Assembly: GCA_964016885.1 (NCBI GenBank)
Contig: OZ024744.1
Location: forward strand, 52,328,001 to 52,392,000
Reading direction: 5' to 3'
From: Eledone cirrhosa
Taxonomy: Eukaryota
Length of the DNA stretch: 64,000 nt
Under the pieces are notes generated by a model that saw only the letters and a list, made by a program, of their open reading frames with translations, was not told the origin of the DNA and did no database searches. This document shows positions 1 to 13,543 of the stretch, in pieces. Position numbers and translations under genes: made by a program. Position 1 is the first letter of the stretch. Every line of letters begins with the position of its first letter.

Positions 1-369
1 GTATGATTTGTTTTTTTTAGAATAGTGGATGATGGAGCGCGTCTACCTGAAATGGAAAAAAAAACCGTTTTGTAAAAAGAGCTATAATTGAACACTTGCG
101 TAAGCGTGTGTTTGTATGTGTTATTATACGTCTGTACGAAGTTAAGAAGAAATGTGTGTATATGTGTGAGTAATAGAGTGTGTGTGCATGTAAGCTATGA
201 GCAAAAGTATGTTAATATAAGGGTGTGTGTGTGTATTTACAGAACAGTGAAGGGAAAAGTGGAGTGTGCATATTTTGTCTGTCTGTATTAGTTGTAAGAG
301 AATATGTTTATGATCATGAGAGAGCGATAGGAATCTAGGGGTGTGATAATGGATGGGGTATTAGAGAAA

Positions 370-1020
370 TTGGGGAGATGAGTTGAGTCCAAGAGGGGAT
401 TATGACCCAAGGCGGTGAATCAGACTTTGTTCTGTCATGCTGCGCGAAGCCTGCGATCCATGATGTAAAAGGACACCCAGGACTGAAACATGTAGGGAAG
501 AATGACCAGGAGAACAGAAATGACGGGCGACAGGAGTATCCAAACCGAGTCGTATGTCCCTCAAATTCTCAGCAAAACGGTCCGCCATACGGCGTCCCGT
601 TCGTCCGATACATAGAGACCCGCGAAGGGAACACCGGAGGGCATAGACAACATGGGTGGATGTACAGGTGAAGGAATGGGGGATACGGAAATACCCGTTA
701 GGGTCTGTAAGACTGGTGAGGGTGGACATAAAGGGACAAGCATTGCAGCGGGAACAGGAACAAGGATGAGAGCCTGGTGGTGTCGTTGGAGAGGACGGGA
801 AGGAACTGCAAACCAGAAGTTCGCGGATGTTGCGGGCGCAGTTAGAAGCAATAATGGCTGGGTTTGAAAAAAAGCGAGAAGTGACCGTGTCAGAAGGGAA
901 GATACGGAAGGAACGGAGGACATGTCGCCGGAGTGGTAGGGTGATGAGGTGGTAGGTGATAGAGAAATGAAGGCGGGTGTTGAGAGGGCGGGAGTGAGGT
1001 GAGAGTGCTGTGGTGCGGTC
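370..1020 (-). mobile_element. Penelope-like element 3' fragment: RT C-terminus and GIY-YIG endonuclease
   Basis: ORF 400..1326 contains CSRCNACPFM...FTCTSTHVVYALRC...CIGRTGRRMADRFAENLRDI...PVARHF...EQSLIHRLGS, a PLE GIY-YIG signature. The N-terminal part of the ORF is only (CA)n. Confidence 0.85.
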
Positions 1021-1039
1021 TGTTTTACGGGCGCAACAT

Positions 1040-1230
<191 letters not shown>

Positions 1231-2096
1231 TAAATAGCCGTGTTTACACCGTGTCCCTTCATATCGTAAGAAGTGACTAAACGTTTGATGTTTGAAAGGG
1301 CATCCATCTGTAAAACGTTGTCTCAAAAATTCCCGTCCAATCTATGAAAACCTGGAAAATTCAATGTAGAAATGGTGGTGATGATGTTGCTGATGACGAT
1401 GATGATTATTATGGTGATGATCACATTCATATTGTGCCATTATATTCATGAAATAGCGTTGCCTTCATTCAAAAATTAAAATAAAGCCCGATTCTATGAA
1501 ATGTATCAAAACAAACAATATGTTCAGAAATCTGAAACATAGATCTCCCTTCGTAGCAATGTTCAATTAAAACTTATAGTATTCTCCTCAACCTTGGGCT
1601 CATCGGGCCGGAGATTATCCCACTCTCATTAAGCGTTTGAAATTACACCACTCCCGTCTGGACTGCATATTGTTATTGCTTTTGTTGTTGCTGTCGTTAC
1701 TGTTGTTGCTTTTGTTGTTGCTGTCGTTGCTGTTGTTACTATTGTTGTTGCTTATTTATAGGTCTATTCCTGAATACATCTATGAGTCATCGCTCGTGTA
1801 TTGCTTAATTATAGCAGTGCATTATAGTACATTATAGCAGTGCCACCCCTAAATAGTGGATATCTACCCCCAGTGATCGATAGGACTACCCATGGGTTAT
1901 GGTTGAACTCGTGGGTCAAAATCTGATATATGTATAAGGAATGAGAATATATAAAATAATTGAATCCTCTTTTGACACAAGGTGAACAATTTTAAGTGAT
2001 GGGTCAAATAGATTAAATCCTCTCCTGCACTTCACTGGTACTTTCGTTTATTGACCCCGTAAACTCATAACGTAGAGTGTCATTACTAAATGTTAT

Positions 2097-2198
2097 AATT
2101 GTTTCTACTTTTGGCACAAGGCCAGCAATTATCCAGTGCATTACTGGTACTTTATTTTATCGACCCCGTAAGGATGAAAGGCAAAGTTAACCTCGGCG
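2097..2198 (-). mobile_element. tRNA-derived SINE family 1, 3' part
   Basis: Reverse complement of gccgaggttaactttgcctttcatccttacggggtcgataaaataaagtaccag...agtagaaacaat, as in the copies at 10.1, 17.6 and 23.3 kb. Confidence 0.85.
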
Positions 2199-3465
2199 GT
2201 TATAATGATTTTTTATTGAACACAGTGAAGATTCTGCCAATCCACTTGCTTATACAGGTTAATGACTTATATCTAATTAAGGTATATACTGTCTATTGCT
2301 GTTTATTTACTTATTTAGCTGGGGTTGCTGAAACCCTGGGGTTGATGCTGTAAAGATTTGGTGGATCATACCATGATTTCCTTTCTGTTATAGACAGTCT
2401 GACCTCAGAAGGAACCGTCTTGATTTGTACAGAAATATATATTCCATCCATGATAAACAAAACTCCACTATAAGATTTAACAATTATTTTATTTATATTC
2501 TCTATTGGCTAATAAATCAATGTAGATGTGACATGGAATACTGCCCATTATAAACTGTACATATGATATGAGGTTTCGATTTCGACACCAACACAAAATA
2601 ATACAGAAACAATATAAATTAAATGTGAGTTTTACAATAATCTCAATGGACTGTATGTCACAAAATGAATGAATGGGTGTATGCCTGTGTGTGTATGTGT
2701 GTGCGTACATGTGTGTAGATAAAAAAAAAAAAAAAAACTGACAGTGGAAATGCGGACACATTCCTTTATCATCAGCTGTCTGATTTGGAGTTTGTTTTGT
2801 TAAAGAACGGTAGAAGGCCACTGTTAAAGAATACTTGATTTTGTTTCAAATCCAGCATCTTCTAGAGGAGTAATCCTGTCTCATTCTGGGATGAAATCAG
2901 CAGCCGTTACTCGGTATTTTGTCACATAATGAAACAGTACAAGTTCCGTAAAAGTGACTGTTATTTAAAAATATATATAAATTAACGTTAAGACAGATGT
3001 TGTGGTTACATAATCTCATTTATTGTACAACATGGTGACATCATGAAATGTTAACACAATTATGTGAAGAAATTTGGTTAAGTTGATATGCTGCTGGCAA
3101 AGTCTTACATGTATGCGAAAGTCCAGTTCACTGGACTTTTGCAAACATAGAAGCATTTGCCTGCGGGGTAAAAGCTTAACCAAATTTCTTCACATAATTG
3201 AGTTATCATATAATGATGCCACACCGGTGCCAGTTACTGTTGTAATGATTGAAAAACGGTTGTACATTGGTATCAATGAAATACGTATTAGGCAATAAAT
3301 ATGATTACATATCCATAACACCTGTCTAACTGTCAGTTCATTCAAAGAGACCCCGTCATGTTTCATTACCATCGTAGCGCTGACGTGGAGTGATTTTACC
3401 TAATTACATCTGTTTATCAACGAGACGTAACGCAATTTTCACGGATATGGATCATAGTAATTTGC

Positions 3466-3525
<60 letters not shown>

Positions 3526-3602
3526 AAAATGGAACGGGAACAAAACAGAGAGGCAGTACGAACAAAGGTTTATTAGTTTCACGCTCTTGAGAGTGGGGGA
3601 GG

Positions 3603-3637
3603 GGGGACGTTTCGGGCATAAGCCCTTCTTCAGTCGA
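3603..3637 (-). ncRNA. Minimal hammerhead ribozyme in a PLE-type terminus
   Basis: Minus strand CTGAAGA-aGGGC-ttat-GCCC-GAAA-cgtc; stem I not evident. Its flank (3521-3600) recurs inverted at ~5275-5360. Confidence 0.6.
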
Positions 3638-3682
3638 AAAGTGGGTGGGAAGAGAGTTCTGAGGGTGTGTAGGGGAGTGGAG

Positions 3683-3721
<39 letters not shown>

Positions 3722-3848
3722 CTGAGTTTTTCGAATATTAATAATAATATTCGATTTGTTTGTAATTGTGCAAACAAACCTCATTCTTAAAGCCATGTCA
3801 GTAGAATGAGCCCCTTATTCTTTCTCTTGTGTTGGCATGTTAACAGAA

Positions 3849-3892
3849 CTGAAGACACTAATGTTTCTGGGTATCACCCTTCATCAGTACAG
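3849..3892 (-). ncRNA. Hammerhead ribozyme candidate
   Basis: Minus strand ctgta-CTGATGA-aGGGT-gat-ACCC-a-GAAA-cattagtGTC-ttcag. Lies in a unit bounded by ~50-bp inverted repeats (3735-3785 / 4112-4162). Confidence 0.6.
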
Positions 3893-3956
3893 GTCACTGT
3901 TCACTTGCCAACTGTCAGAGCTAGTGAAAATTGATATTTTCTAAAGTATACAGTAA

Positions 3957-4070
3957 CTGATCGGCCTGATTTGCATATTAGCAGACTGGCTGATCCAGTC
4001 AGATCTGCATGTTAGCAGATCCACTGATCACCAGATTTGCATATCAGCAGAGTGGCTAGTCAGTTTCATA
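3957..4070. repeat. ~33-bp tandem repeat (3-4 units) with ATTTGCAT octamer motifs
   Basis: ctgatcggcctgATTTGCATattagcagactgg / ctgatccagtcagatctgcatgttagcagatcca / ctgatcaccagATTTGCATatcagcagagtgg. Confidence 0.75.
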
Positions 4071-4493
4071 TTACGAGCGATTAATGGCCTACTTTGCTAT
4101 ATAAAACAAATATGAGGCTTCTTTGCATAATTGCAAACATATTGAATATTATTATTAATATCAGGATACATTTATTGTATTCAGCCATTTAGAGCGAACA
4201 TTAAAAAAAATTTTTTTATTATATATATATATGTCTGCATGTGTGTCTGTGTGTGCTCCTTGTGGATCTTTATCAGTTCGGGTGATGTTTGTTCCATTTG
4301 GGTTGTTCAACAGATCAGCCTGCTCGGGTGATTGACATGCAAGCGGCTTTACGTATCACAGATACGTGCCCCTGTAATATAATTCTCAGGTAGAACCAGT
4401 CTGATACAGTATATAGCCAGACTGGGGGGTAGGGGGGGGGGGGTGAATCACAGCTACAACTCCTTTTTCGAGATGAATGGGCTGTACCATGGT

Positions 4494-4899
<406 letters not shown>

Positions 4900-4994
4900 T
4901 ATATATATAAGTAAAATAGAGAGCACTCAACGTAATGCAACTCACCCGTCTTCGTTTGTGTATTTGGTGGTGCGAGTACGGAGTTAATTATTAT

Positions 4995-5267
4995 AAAATA
5001 ACAGGAGGCTGGACTGGTGTAAATCATTGAAAGGTTTATTATACTATGATCATTTCAATGACCGGGTTCAGTATGAATCCGGTGACATCATCAGGTATTG
5101 AAAATATAACAAAGGAATATAACAGATAAAATCCATGGGGCAGCCCCATGGATTTTATCTGTTATATTCCTTTACTGTTACATTCCTTTACTGAACCCGG
5201 TCATTGAAATGATCATAGTATAATAAACCTTTCAAGGTTTTACACCACTCCAGCCTCCTGTTATTTT
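4995..5267. mobile_element. Fold-back PLE terminus (palindrome with apex at 5142)
   Basis: atccatggggc-a-gccccatggat apex; arms are reverse complements with an internal deletion in the right arm. Confidence 0.8.
5041..5098 (-). ncRNA. Hammerhead ribozyme
   Basis: atac-CTGATGA-tgtcACCGGattcatactgaacCCGGTcatt-GAAA-tgatcat-A-gtat: stem I atac/gtat, palindromic stem III, AUA site. Confidence 0.75.
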
Positions 5268-5356
5268 CTAATTCACCCCCCCACCCACTCTCAAGAGCGT
5301 GAAACTAATAAACCTTTGTTTGTACTGCCTCTCTGTTTTTGTTCCCGTCTCAGTGT

Positions 5357-5414
<58 letters not shown>

Positions 5415-6855
5415 TCACAAGAATCAAAGCTATGTTAGAACATTTAATTGCTGACAATTGTTTCTTCCAAGCCTAGGTTTGAGGTCTTCGGAACATTATT
5501 AATAATGTTTTTACATATAATCAGCCTCCTATTCTGCCGAAGAGTCATAGATACATATTGTGGACAGCAGTGTGGGATGGATGCGACATATATTATGTTA
5601 TACTATAATTGTGCAATAAGATTCAAAATTACAATTAAAAGCTTTTGGTGGAGCACATGTGACAGATAATACAAGAGCGTTTAGTAAATAAATAAAATTA
5701 AAGAGACAGTACGTGCGTTAGTCATATATAATGCAATTGAACAAGCAAAAGTATCAAGTATATATGAATGCTGGGTGTTGCATAAAAAATATAAGCACTT
5801 AAAGCAGGTGTGTTATTATATTATGGTGGTTGCAATGCGGAGATATTTTCTGTGTAGATCAAATATGTGTGTATGTAGAATAAGAAAGTTCCAGGTTTCA
5901 CATTCATTACATATTTCACGGTGTATTTGTGTTGAGTGTTTGTTATAGTAATGGCTTGTAATGTAAAGTAACTTAGTGTTATTTAGTCCATATCGTATAC
6001 TACATTTGTAGAGCTGGGAGAATTTTCTACTCTTTAATATTCGGAAGTGGAAATGGAAATAAGGGGAGCTAATGTGTAAGGGGAGGTAACTAGCTCATTA
6101 TAATAATAATTAAACTCATTGTTCTAAGGGACATTATATAGTGTTATAATTGAGGGCCTAATATAGAAACTATATATTTATATTTAATTTAATTTAGTTT
6201 TAAACCCAGTCTACTCTCGCCTAATACATTAAGGTATCATTAGAAAGTTGCCTATCCAATATTATAAAGTGCCATAATTGAATTTCCCATACAAAGAGTT
6301 ATGTATTTATATTAATTTAATCTTAGATACAGTCTACCCTCCCAAAATATATCAAAGGTTTTACTAGATTGCTGTCTACCCAATATATGGTAAGCCATGT
6401 AATACCGTATAGCTGTTTGCATGATAACATAGATATATCTCTAGAGTAAATAAACGCATCACATCCTTTATATACAATGTTATTAATGTTAATCCATACA
6501 TTTAATTATAGATGTATATATAATTCATTGTTCCATATTGCATTTAAGTTAGATAAATCCCTTATGTTACTGCATTAATCCTATATATACAATGATATTA
6601 ATTTTTACATTTAATTGAAAATGTATATATAATTCATTGTTACGTTTAATATTTAAAGTTTATCTAAATATTTCCATCACTATATAATTATAAGTAATCT
6701 AAGTTTACTATATTAAGAATATTTCTAGAGTATAGAGTTATAGGTCGGCTGAATTGTGTAGAGGAAAGGGTGGATCAAAGAGTGTGGTGCAGTGGTGCAA
6801 TGCAAGCCCTAAAAGTGAAGCGCTAATGGAGATGCTGAGTTCAAAACTGACATTG

Positions 6856-7810
6856 TTATATACTAGGTTTAAAGCTTTGGAAAAGAGTGTCGGAAGCCGT
6901 GCTGGCACGATGCAAACACTCCGATTTTTTATTAAGGAGGTTAAGGTTCGAAAAGATTATAGTATGGATCTCTAGAAGACAGAGGTTACAGAATTTATTA
7001 GGTGGTTTATACGATACTCCCCTACCTACTACTTCCCATTGAAGTGTATATGATCTATTCCTAGTTTTCAGATAGTGTATGTAGCTAGATAGTGAAGTGG
7101 AGTTGGCTAGATTGTGCTTCCTGAAAGAGTGAAGGTGCGAGTTGTATCTCGTCTTGAAGCAGTTCGAAGTAGAGCTTATATAGGTTTTAGAAGAGTTGAT
7201 ATTGTTGACCGTGCATGAGTAAATGATGTCCTTGATTAAGCAGTTGTTACCTAAAGGACAGGTTCTATTAGATCTACAGTTACATTTATTTTGGGTTTTA
7301 TCTTGTCGGTTATTATGCTGCGTAGAAGTCTGGTTGCTAGGTATTGCATTAGGGCTATGATGGTTGTCGATCCCAATGTTATTGATTTCATTATTGTTAC
7401 TACTATTATTACTATTGCTATTAGGGTTAGTAGTTATTATGTTGTTTTGAAAGTTTCCCTCTTGTTGTGTTTTAATTTGATGGAGATAAGCATTAATTTT
7501 TCTTTTATTACTACTAGCTATATGGTATGTTAGGTGTGGTAGAGTAGGAGATGTTAATGGTGTTTTTATTTAAAAGCCTATTGTACTTGTGGCCCGATGG
7601 GAAGTTTCTTTCTAGGATTGAGAAGAAGGCCCTAGGTAAGAGGGGTTGAAAAAAGTATTAGTTCTTCTATTTTTGTTTTTTATATCTATTGAGGTATTTC
7701 TGTTTATAATATTTTGGTGTCTACTATAGTGCGAGTTGGGCTTGATACTACCCTTCGTATTAGAGTAGGGGTCGTTATTATTCTTACTACCGCTATTCCT
7801 CATGGCCATA
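6856..7810 (-). pseudogene. PLE RT-linker and GIY-YIG endonuclease remnant
   Basis: Manual translation: TFFNPSY...NKCNCRSNRTCPLGNNCLIKDIIYSCTV...YISSTSNCFKTRYNSHLHSF...STSLSSYIHYLK...WEVV...FCNLCLLEIHTI...LNKKSE; stops and frameshifts upstream. Confidence 0.85.
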
Positions 7811-7865
7811 TTGTGAGAAATCGGCAGAATAGGAGGTTGATTATATGTACAAACATTATTAATAA

Positions 7866-7912
7866 TGCTCCGAAGACACCAAGCCTAGGCTTGGAAGAAA
7901 CAATTGTCAGCA
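7866..7912 (+). ncRNA. Hammerhead ribozyme, CCGAAGA core variant (mirror copy 5449-5495, minus)
   Basis: tgct-CCGAAGA-caCCAAGCctagGCTTGGaa-GAAA-caattgt-C-agca. Confidence 0.7.
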
Positions 7913-8152
7913 ATTAAATGTTCTAACATAGCTTTGATTCTTGTGTATTCTATATTAGCTCTGTATAGCAAATGATGTTCTTACATTGAGCTATTTATCT
8001 TACTGGTAATAAGGTAGTAATAAATTACTGACCTTAACTGTTTATAGTTGTATATAGTATAGTATATACATAACTATAAATAGTATCCTTAATATTATAT
8101 ATATATATAATTCGTTTTTGAACAAAGGTGAGACACACAAAATAAAAAGCTA

Positions 8153-8195
8153 GTCACTGATGACGTCACAGAATGTGTGACGAAAGAGAGTTGAC
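8153..8195 (+). ncRNA. Hammerhead ribozyme
   Basis: gtca-CTGATGA-cGTCACAgaatgTGTGAC-GAAA-gagagt-tgac; stem I gtca/tgac, stem III poor. Confidence 0.65.
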
Positions 8196-8964
8196 AATAT
8201 GTAAGCAACCTTCCCGTTATCAAACCAACCAACCGGAAATTCATAATAAATTGAAGTGAAAACCAACAGGTGCGTGTATTTTTATTGGCAACATCAACCT
8301 CCCAAAGTATAACAATATGTATATATATATATAGACAGGCTAAATGTCAAGTAGATATGTACAAACATGGTAATATGCTGATTGAACGCAGAGGAAAGGA
8401 AGCGACGAAGGAACGCGTTGATTGGATGTTGAACGTGTATCGCTCACTATCTTAATTTCCCTTTTATCTGTTACTCTCCATTTCTACCGCCGTTATTTTC
8501 CCCAAATTCAGTTCAGCAAACAGACAAACAAGTATATCAACAATTGAAAATGAGTACAAATTTGAGGAAACCTTATTCCTGAATCCAAAGATATCACATT
8601 CCAAGTGAGAACATGATTGGTCCACTGGTTTTAAAGTGCATTGGAGACAAACAGACAAACAAACGAACAATGTTATAGATATAGATATACATATGTATAT
8701 ATATATGTATGCTTCCTGGTATATATATATAATATTCATGAATTATCTATAGTATAGAATAGAAAGATAACATCGATACCAGTTGATGGAGTGTATCGAT
8801 ATATAAATCAAATAAGAGATACATGAATTGAAGTGCGATTATATTAAATAAGAAGCTTCCCGAAGAAAAACAACAAACAAAAGAAAGCATACGTTGATAC
8901 AAGTTGTGATTTCTCGCCATAATTTATTCATTACAAATGAATGCATGAAGTTGATGATGATAAT

Positions 8965-8965
8965 A

Positions 8966-9022
<57 letters not shown>

Positions 9023-9043
9023 TTATATATATATGCATATATT

Positions 9044-9099
<56 letters not shown>

Positions 9100-9103
9100 G
9101 ATA

Positions 9104-9171
<68 letters not shown>

Positions 9172-9175
9172 GAGA
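8965..9175. repeat. (TA)n microsatellite, representative of dozens in the window
   Basis: Long TA runs also at ~4630, 24920, 32800, 34440, 38300, 41040, 43420, 44360, 45700, 57220. Confidence 0.95.
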
Positions 9176-9777
9176 GAGAGAGTATTGAGTACTCTGGTGC
9201 GTTATGGTCCATCTGGTTCCTTACCACAATTCCTTCGTTATATATATATATGCCTGTGTGTATGTGTGCCTGTGTGTGTGTGTATATATATGTATGTATA
9301 TATGCACGTATGTGTGTATGTATGTATATATGCATGTATGTGTGTATGTATGTACGTATGTATGTATATACATATAATGTAAATATTAAACGAAGTATTC
9401 TTGAAGCGGTGATATATTACTAATGAAAACTTCTTCCGGATGATATATCCATATCAAGCAAGGAAGACATAAATACATAATTATATGAATATATAAATAT
9501 ATAAATATATAAATATATAAATACATAGACATATAAATATATAAATATATAAATATATACATACGTAAAAAGATATAAATATAAATATATAAATACATAG
9601 ACATATAAACATATAAATATATACATAAGTAAATAAGAAATATAGGGATAAATCAGTTCTGAAGCCGTAGTTCCGTGTCTAGAATGTCTGATGAATGATC
9701 AGATGGATTTTGTAATATTTCAAATGTGAAAAAATTAATTGATCATATATATATATATATGTGTGTGCGTGTGTATG

Positions 9778-9862
<85 letters not shown>

Positions 9863-10107
9863 CCATACATTGACATATAATACATATACATACATTCATA
9901 AATGCATCCATCCATTTGACTAGCAGTAGTTAGGGTAGAGTGGGGGAGGAGTCAAACTCAAAACCCCAAAATCAAAACTTCTACTTCTGTCAGCCAACTA
10001 ACAGAGAAAGGAGGACAAACACGGAGAGTGATATGAACTCTCCTCTAAAAATATCTATATAAAAATTAATAATTTTTCTTCCCCTTTTTATTATTATTTG
10101 TATAAAC

Positions 10108-10297
10108 AGGCGGTGGATTGGCAGTATCGGTAGAGGGTCGGACAGCATGCTTTGCAGCAAAAGTTACGGCCCTTTATGGTCTGAGTTCAAATCCTGTCGA
10201 GGTTAACTTTGCCTTTCATCCTTACGGGGTCGATGAAATAAAGTACCAGTAATGCACTGGGGTAATTGCTGGCCTTGTGCCAAAGGTAGAAATAATT
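10108..10297 (+). mobile_element. tRNA-derived SINE family 1, full length
   Basis: A-box-like tggcagtatcggt, B-box-like gagttcaaatcc, conserved core gcctttcatccttacggggtcgat, AT-rich tail. Confidence 0.88.
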
Positions 10298-10507
10298 ATT
10301 TGTATAAACATGAAACTTAACCATCTGCATTTAATGCTGAAACCGGTAGCATTATTAAATGTGGAAATATCCTCTTTATAAATAGATAAATGTTTTGATA
10401 TTACACTGAAAGAATCTCTTCAGCATTTTCTACTGAAAAATATTTTCCTTTCTACTATTTGTTTTTTATATATATCAACTCGTGTGTTACTTTTCTACAT
10501 CTAAAGA

Positions 10508-10675
10508 CATTTTTTCCAATTACAACCCACCCGACCCCTCAATCTATCTTATGTCTCATTCGTTCTTCTGATGATGGACTAGCGTCCAAAACGTTAAGAT
10601 CCTCTTCCTGCTATATCAAGCGTTAACCTAATATATCCCTTCCATATACTGTACCGATTGTGTTGTTATTTTACC

Positions 10676-10680
<5 letters not shown>
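10508..10680 (+). mobile_element. ~170-bp HHR-bearing short element, copy 1 (HHR 10564-10599, GAAA mutated to AAAA)
   Basis: Collinear with 42665-42840 and 46279-46450; tctt-CTGATGA-tGGACtagcGTCC-aAAA-cgtt-aaga. Confidence 0.8.
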
Positions 10681-10735
<55 letters not shown>

Positions 10736-10744
10736 GATGGGCAT

Positions 10745-11560
10745 CTATATAGATTGGTCTCGTATTGTCGGATTCAAAACAAATGTAGATATTCTTTTTA
10801 TCACTGTATAAGGAATGTGTTTGTATATGTTTAGGATGACAACATATTAGTAGTGCACATTGTTTTGAGTATGTGGTATATAATCAACATCCGTTTCCAT
10901 TCATCTATCCTAAAAGGGAGTTCTTTCTTGCTTGCTAAATACCATAGTGAATTGAAGGTGGGTATTTATGGATTTTATATTATTTTAAAATTCTATCTTT
11001 CTTTTTGTTCCATAAGATCAAAGAGTCATGAAGAAAATCTTCCTAAGTCTTTTACTCCAAGACTTTTTTTAGTGAATCTTCACGAGTTTTCTTGATTTGC
11101 TAATGTTGGTGCTACTTTACTATACATGGCTCTTCCTGAAATTCGTCGAACATAAAATGATAGTTTTGTAGAAAACGTAATTTGTTTCAATACGTTCTGT
11201 TAATTAAAATAGATGTGTTAGGCCAATATTGAAATGTCTCTATTCCATAAATACGTGGGATATAAGTGTATATACTAATCCCATCAAATGAAACAATAAA
11301 TGTTGTAGTTTTATTTATTCTTTCCGTTCAATAATTGGTATATTGGTGTCATTTCGAATAAATCTTGGTACGTATACTAGAAAATGTTTTATTAAAATAG
11401 CCTAGAAATCTCATAATCTACATGTTTCGCAAGTTTCAAGTCTTGTGATGAAGATAGTTTGATGTATTTCGAATTAGATTTTTGGCATACTACGATTATT
11501 TCTTTATTCTTATGAACCTTTGGTAAACCGAAAAAATTACTCGTTTAATATTTGTTAATT
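10745..11560 (-). pseudogene. Highly degenerate Penelope-like reverse transcriptase
   Basis: Manual translation fragments: TSNFFGLPKVHKNKEII...SQDLKL, VSFDGISIYTYIP, GRAMYSKVAPTLAN, CCHPKHI; many stops and frameshifts. Confidence 0.7.
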
Positions 11561-11629
11561 TACCTCGTTATCTCTGAGACATTTCGATATAAATTTAATG
11601 ATGCAGAAATTTTACCATTATTAGAGAGA

Positions 11630-11791
11630 GAGTCGGACGCCATGCTTTCCAGCATAGTTACGTCACCTTACGATCTGAGATCAAATCCCGCCGAGGTTAA
11701 CTTTGTCTTTCATCCTTACGGGGTCGATAAAGTAAAGTACCAAAAATGTACCAGTAATCGCTGGCCATGTGCCAAGTGTAGAAACAGTTAT
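11630..11791 (+). mobile_element. SINE family 1, 5'-truncated
   Basis: gtcggacgccatgctttccagc...gccgaggttaactttgtctttcatccttacggggtcgat. Confidence 0.8.
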
Positions 11792-12802
11792 TAGGAAATA
11801 TTTATATTGGTTTGTCTTTTCTTGTAAGGCATTTTTTTCCTAGCATGTTTTCGATGTCCATAATGAAAGCTACTTAATTTGTTGGTTTCCTTAATTCTAA
11901 TATCAGAGTTTTCTGGTAGTTCTCTGAGGTTTGTCTATTGTAGTGTTGCGAAATTTGGTTTACTAGAATTTCTTTCAACACGCTGATGCGTATGTGTATG
12001 TGTGTGTAGATGTGTGTATATCCGCATATGCATACGTTTATATGTATGAGTATATAAATATAAGCGCGCAAATACAGACACTTATAAAAACACAAACTCA
12101 CAGGCATGTATACGTTCACACAAAAACACACACTCATAAATTTACATAAACACACACATACACATATACTCACACACGGGGTAGCAAATGGAACGGAAGG
12201 CGTTGTTTTGCTATAGAGTTTTCACTATCCCCTTGCTTCCTATGACACACACACATATATTCACACAAACTCAAATTTATATGTAGATTGTACACACAAG
12301 TGTAGTGAATGTGAGACTCTGTTTTCTGTAGTTTGTCATTACACCTTCCCCCCTCAGTCATCTCTAGTGTGTGACATGATCACCCCTTCATAGTTCAGTT
12401 CAATGGCTGATATTCTCAATCATAAAAGTTCAATTTCTATATTTATTTTAATTACGGGAAAAATTATGAACGATTACTTTTTGCTGTTCCGGTTCCCTCT
12501 TGATTTAATTTAAGACTGAACTCCATTGATAATTCGTTCAGCGGGTCCTGACTACTTAGTCTTTCTGGAAATTTTTCGAAGTTGACGTGGTTTAAATGTG
12601 TGATGTTTTTTTCCGATACAGTAACTGCTCACATAGTGCAGCGATGAAACTGCACAGTTCGGAACATTCTTTTCCCACACAAATCCGTTTATCCACTATG
12701 TAACGTATTGTGCCCAATCTGATATGCAAATTCCTATTTACAACATAAGAATTTTGTAGAATCATTGCGACAAAATCTAATTGTCTAGATCGATTTCTTT
12801 TG

Positions 12803-12857
<55 letters not shown>

Positions 12858-12859
<2 letters not shown>

Positions 12860-12990
12860 GTAGTAGAGTGGGTAATAGGAAAAGACTCAGGACCCCGACG
12901 GCTGAGCTCTGGCCGTTTCGACAACTAGTTCAGAAATAGCTGTCGAAACGGCCGGATCTCAGCCGCCGGGGTCCTGACTCTTTTCCTATA
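12858..12990. mobile_element. Short fold-back element in (TA)n (GAGCTC/GAAACGGC family)
   Basis: Arms 12875-12930 / 12935-12989 are reverse complements; relatives at 9181-9241, 32113-32180, 34570-34726, 39081-39270. Confidence 0.75.
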
Positions 12991-13106
12991 TATATATATA
13001 TAGAGAGAGAGGTTTTGAGTATATGTTGGTTGTATACCAACACCTAGTATGCAGGCTGGAGCACTCGACGAAGTGCGCAGGTTGCTTTGGTTACTCCGGA
13101 GTAATG

Positions 13107-13543
13107 TAAAATAAAGTTAAATAAAAAGTCAAATGTTTAAAATTTAGCTTCGTTTATTACTGCTATATATATTTCAGTGACAGCCATCTTTGGCTGTGAC
13201 CTCTTCAGGCAGTTTGAATTAGTGTGGTATAGACAAGTACATATGTTGTTGAGGTGTATAATTTTGTCAATACTCTGATATGCCCAGTTCCTGGTTAGGT
13301 TGTTATTTCACTGAGGAACTGGAATCATATGATTCCAGTTCCTCAGTGAAATAACAACCTAACCAGGAACTGCGCATATCAGAGTATTGACAAAATTATA
13401 CACCTCAACAACATATGTACTTGTCTATACCACACTAATTCAAACTGCCTGAAGAGGTCACAGCCAAAGATGGCTGTCACTGAAATATATATAGCAGTAA
13501 TAAACGAAGCTAAATTTTAAACATTTGACTTTTTATTTAACTT

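Larger units (their letters stand above)
5411..7950 (-). mobile_element. 5'-truncated Penelope-like element with inverted terminal (pLTR) copy
   Basis: ~130-bp inverted repeats at 5411-5540 / 7821-7950, an internal GIY-YIG remnant, a long AT-rich 3' region, and a (TA)n flank. Confidence 0.88.

Noticed and set aside
2313-2472. Possible minus-strand terminal exon (GVLFIMDGIYISVQ...SATPAK*) after an AG
   Set aside because: Short, no recognisable domain and no partner exons; needs RNA-seq or homology support.
3957-4070. CRISPR-like repeat spacing
   Set aside because: Contiguous tandem units without unique spacers, no cas genes, eukaryotic context.
8500-8670. Helitron/Helentron-like end (ggtccactggtttt...acaaacagacaaac)
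   Set aside because: Resemblance from memory only; single degraded copy.
10108-10297. tRNA gene (A/B boxes)
   Set aside because: Multi-copy SINE head with no cloverleaf.
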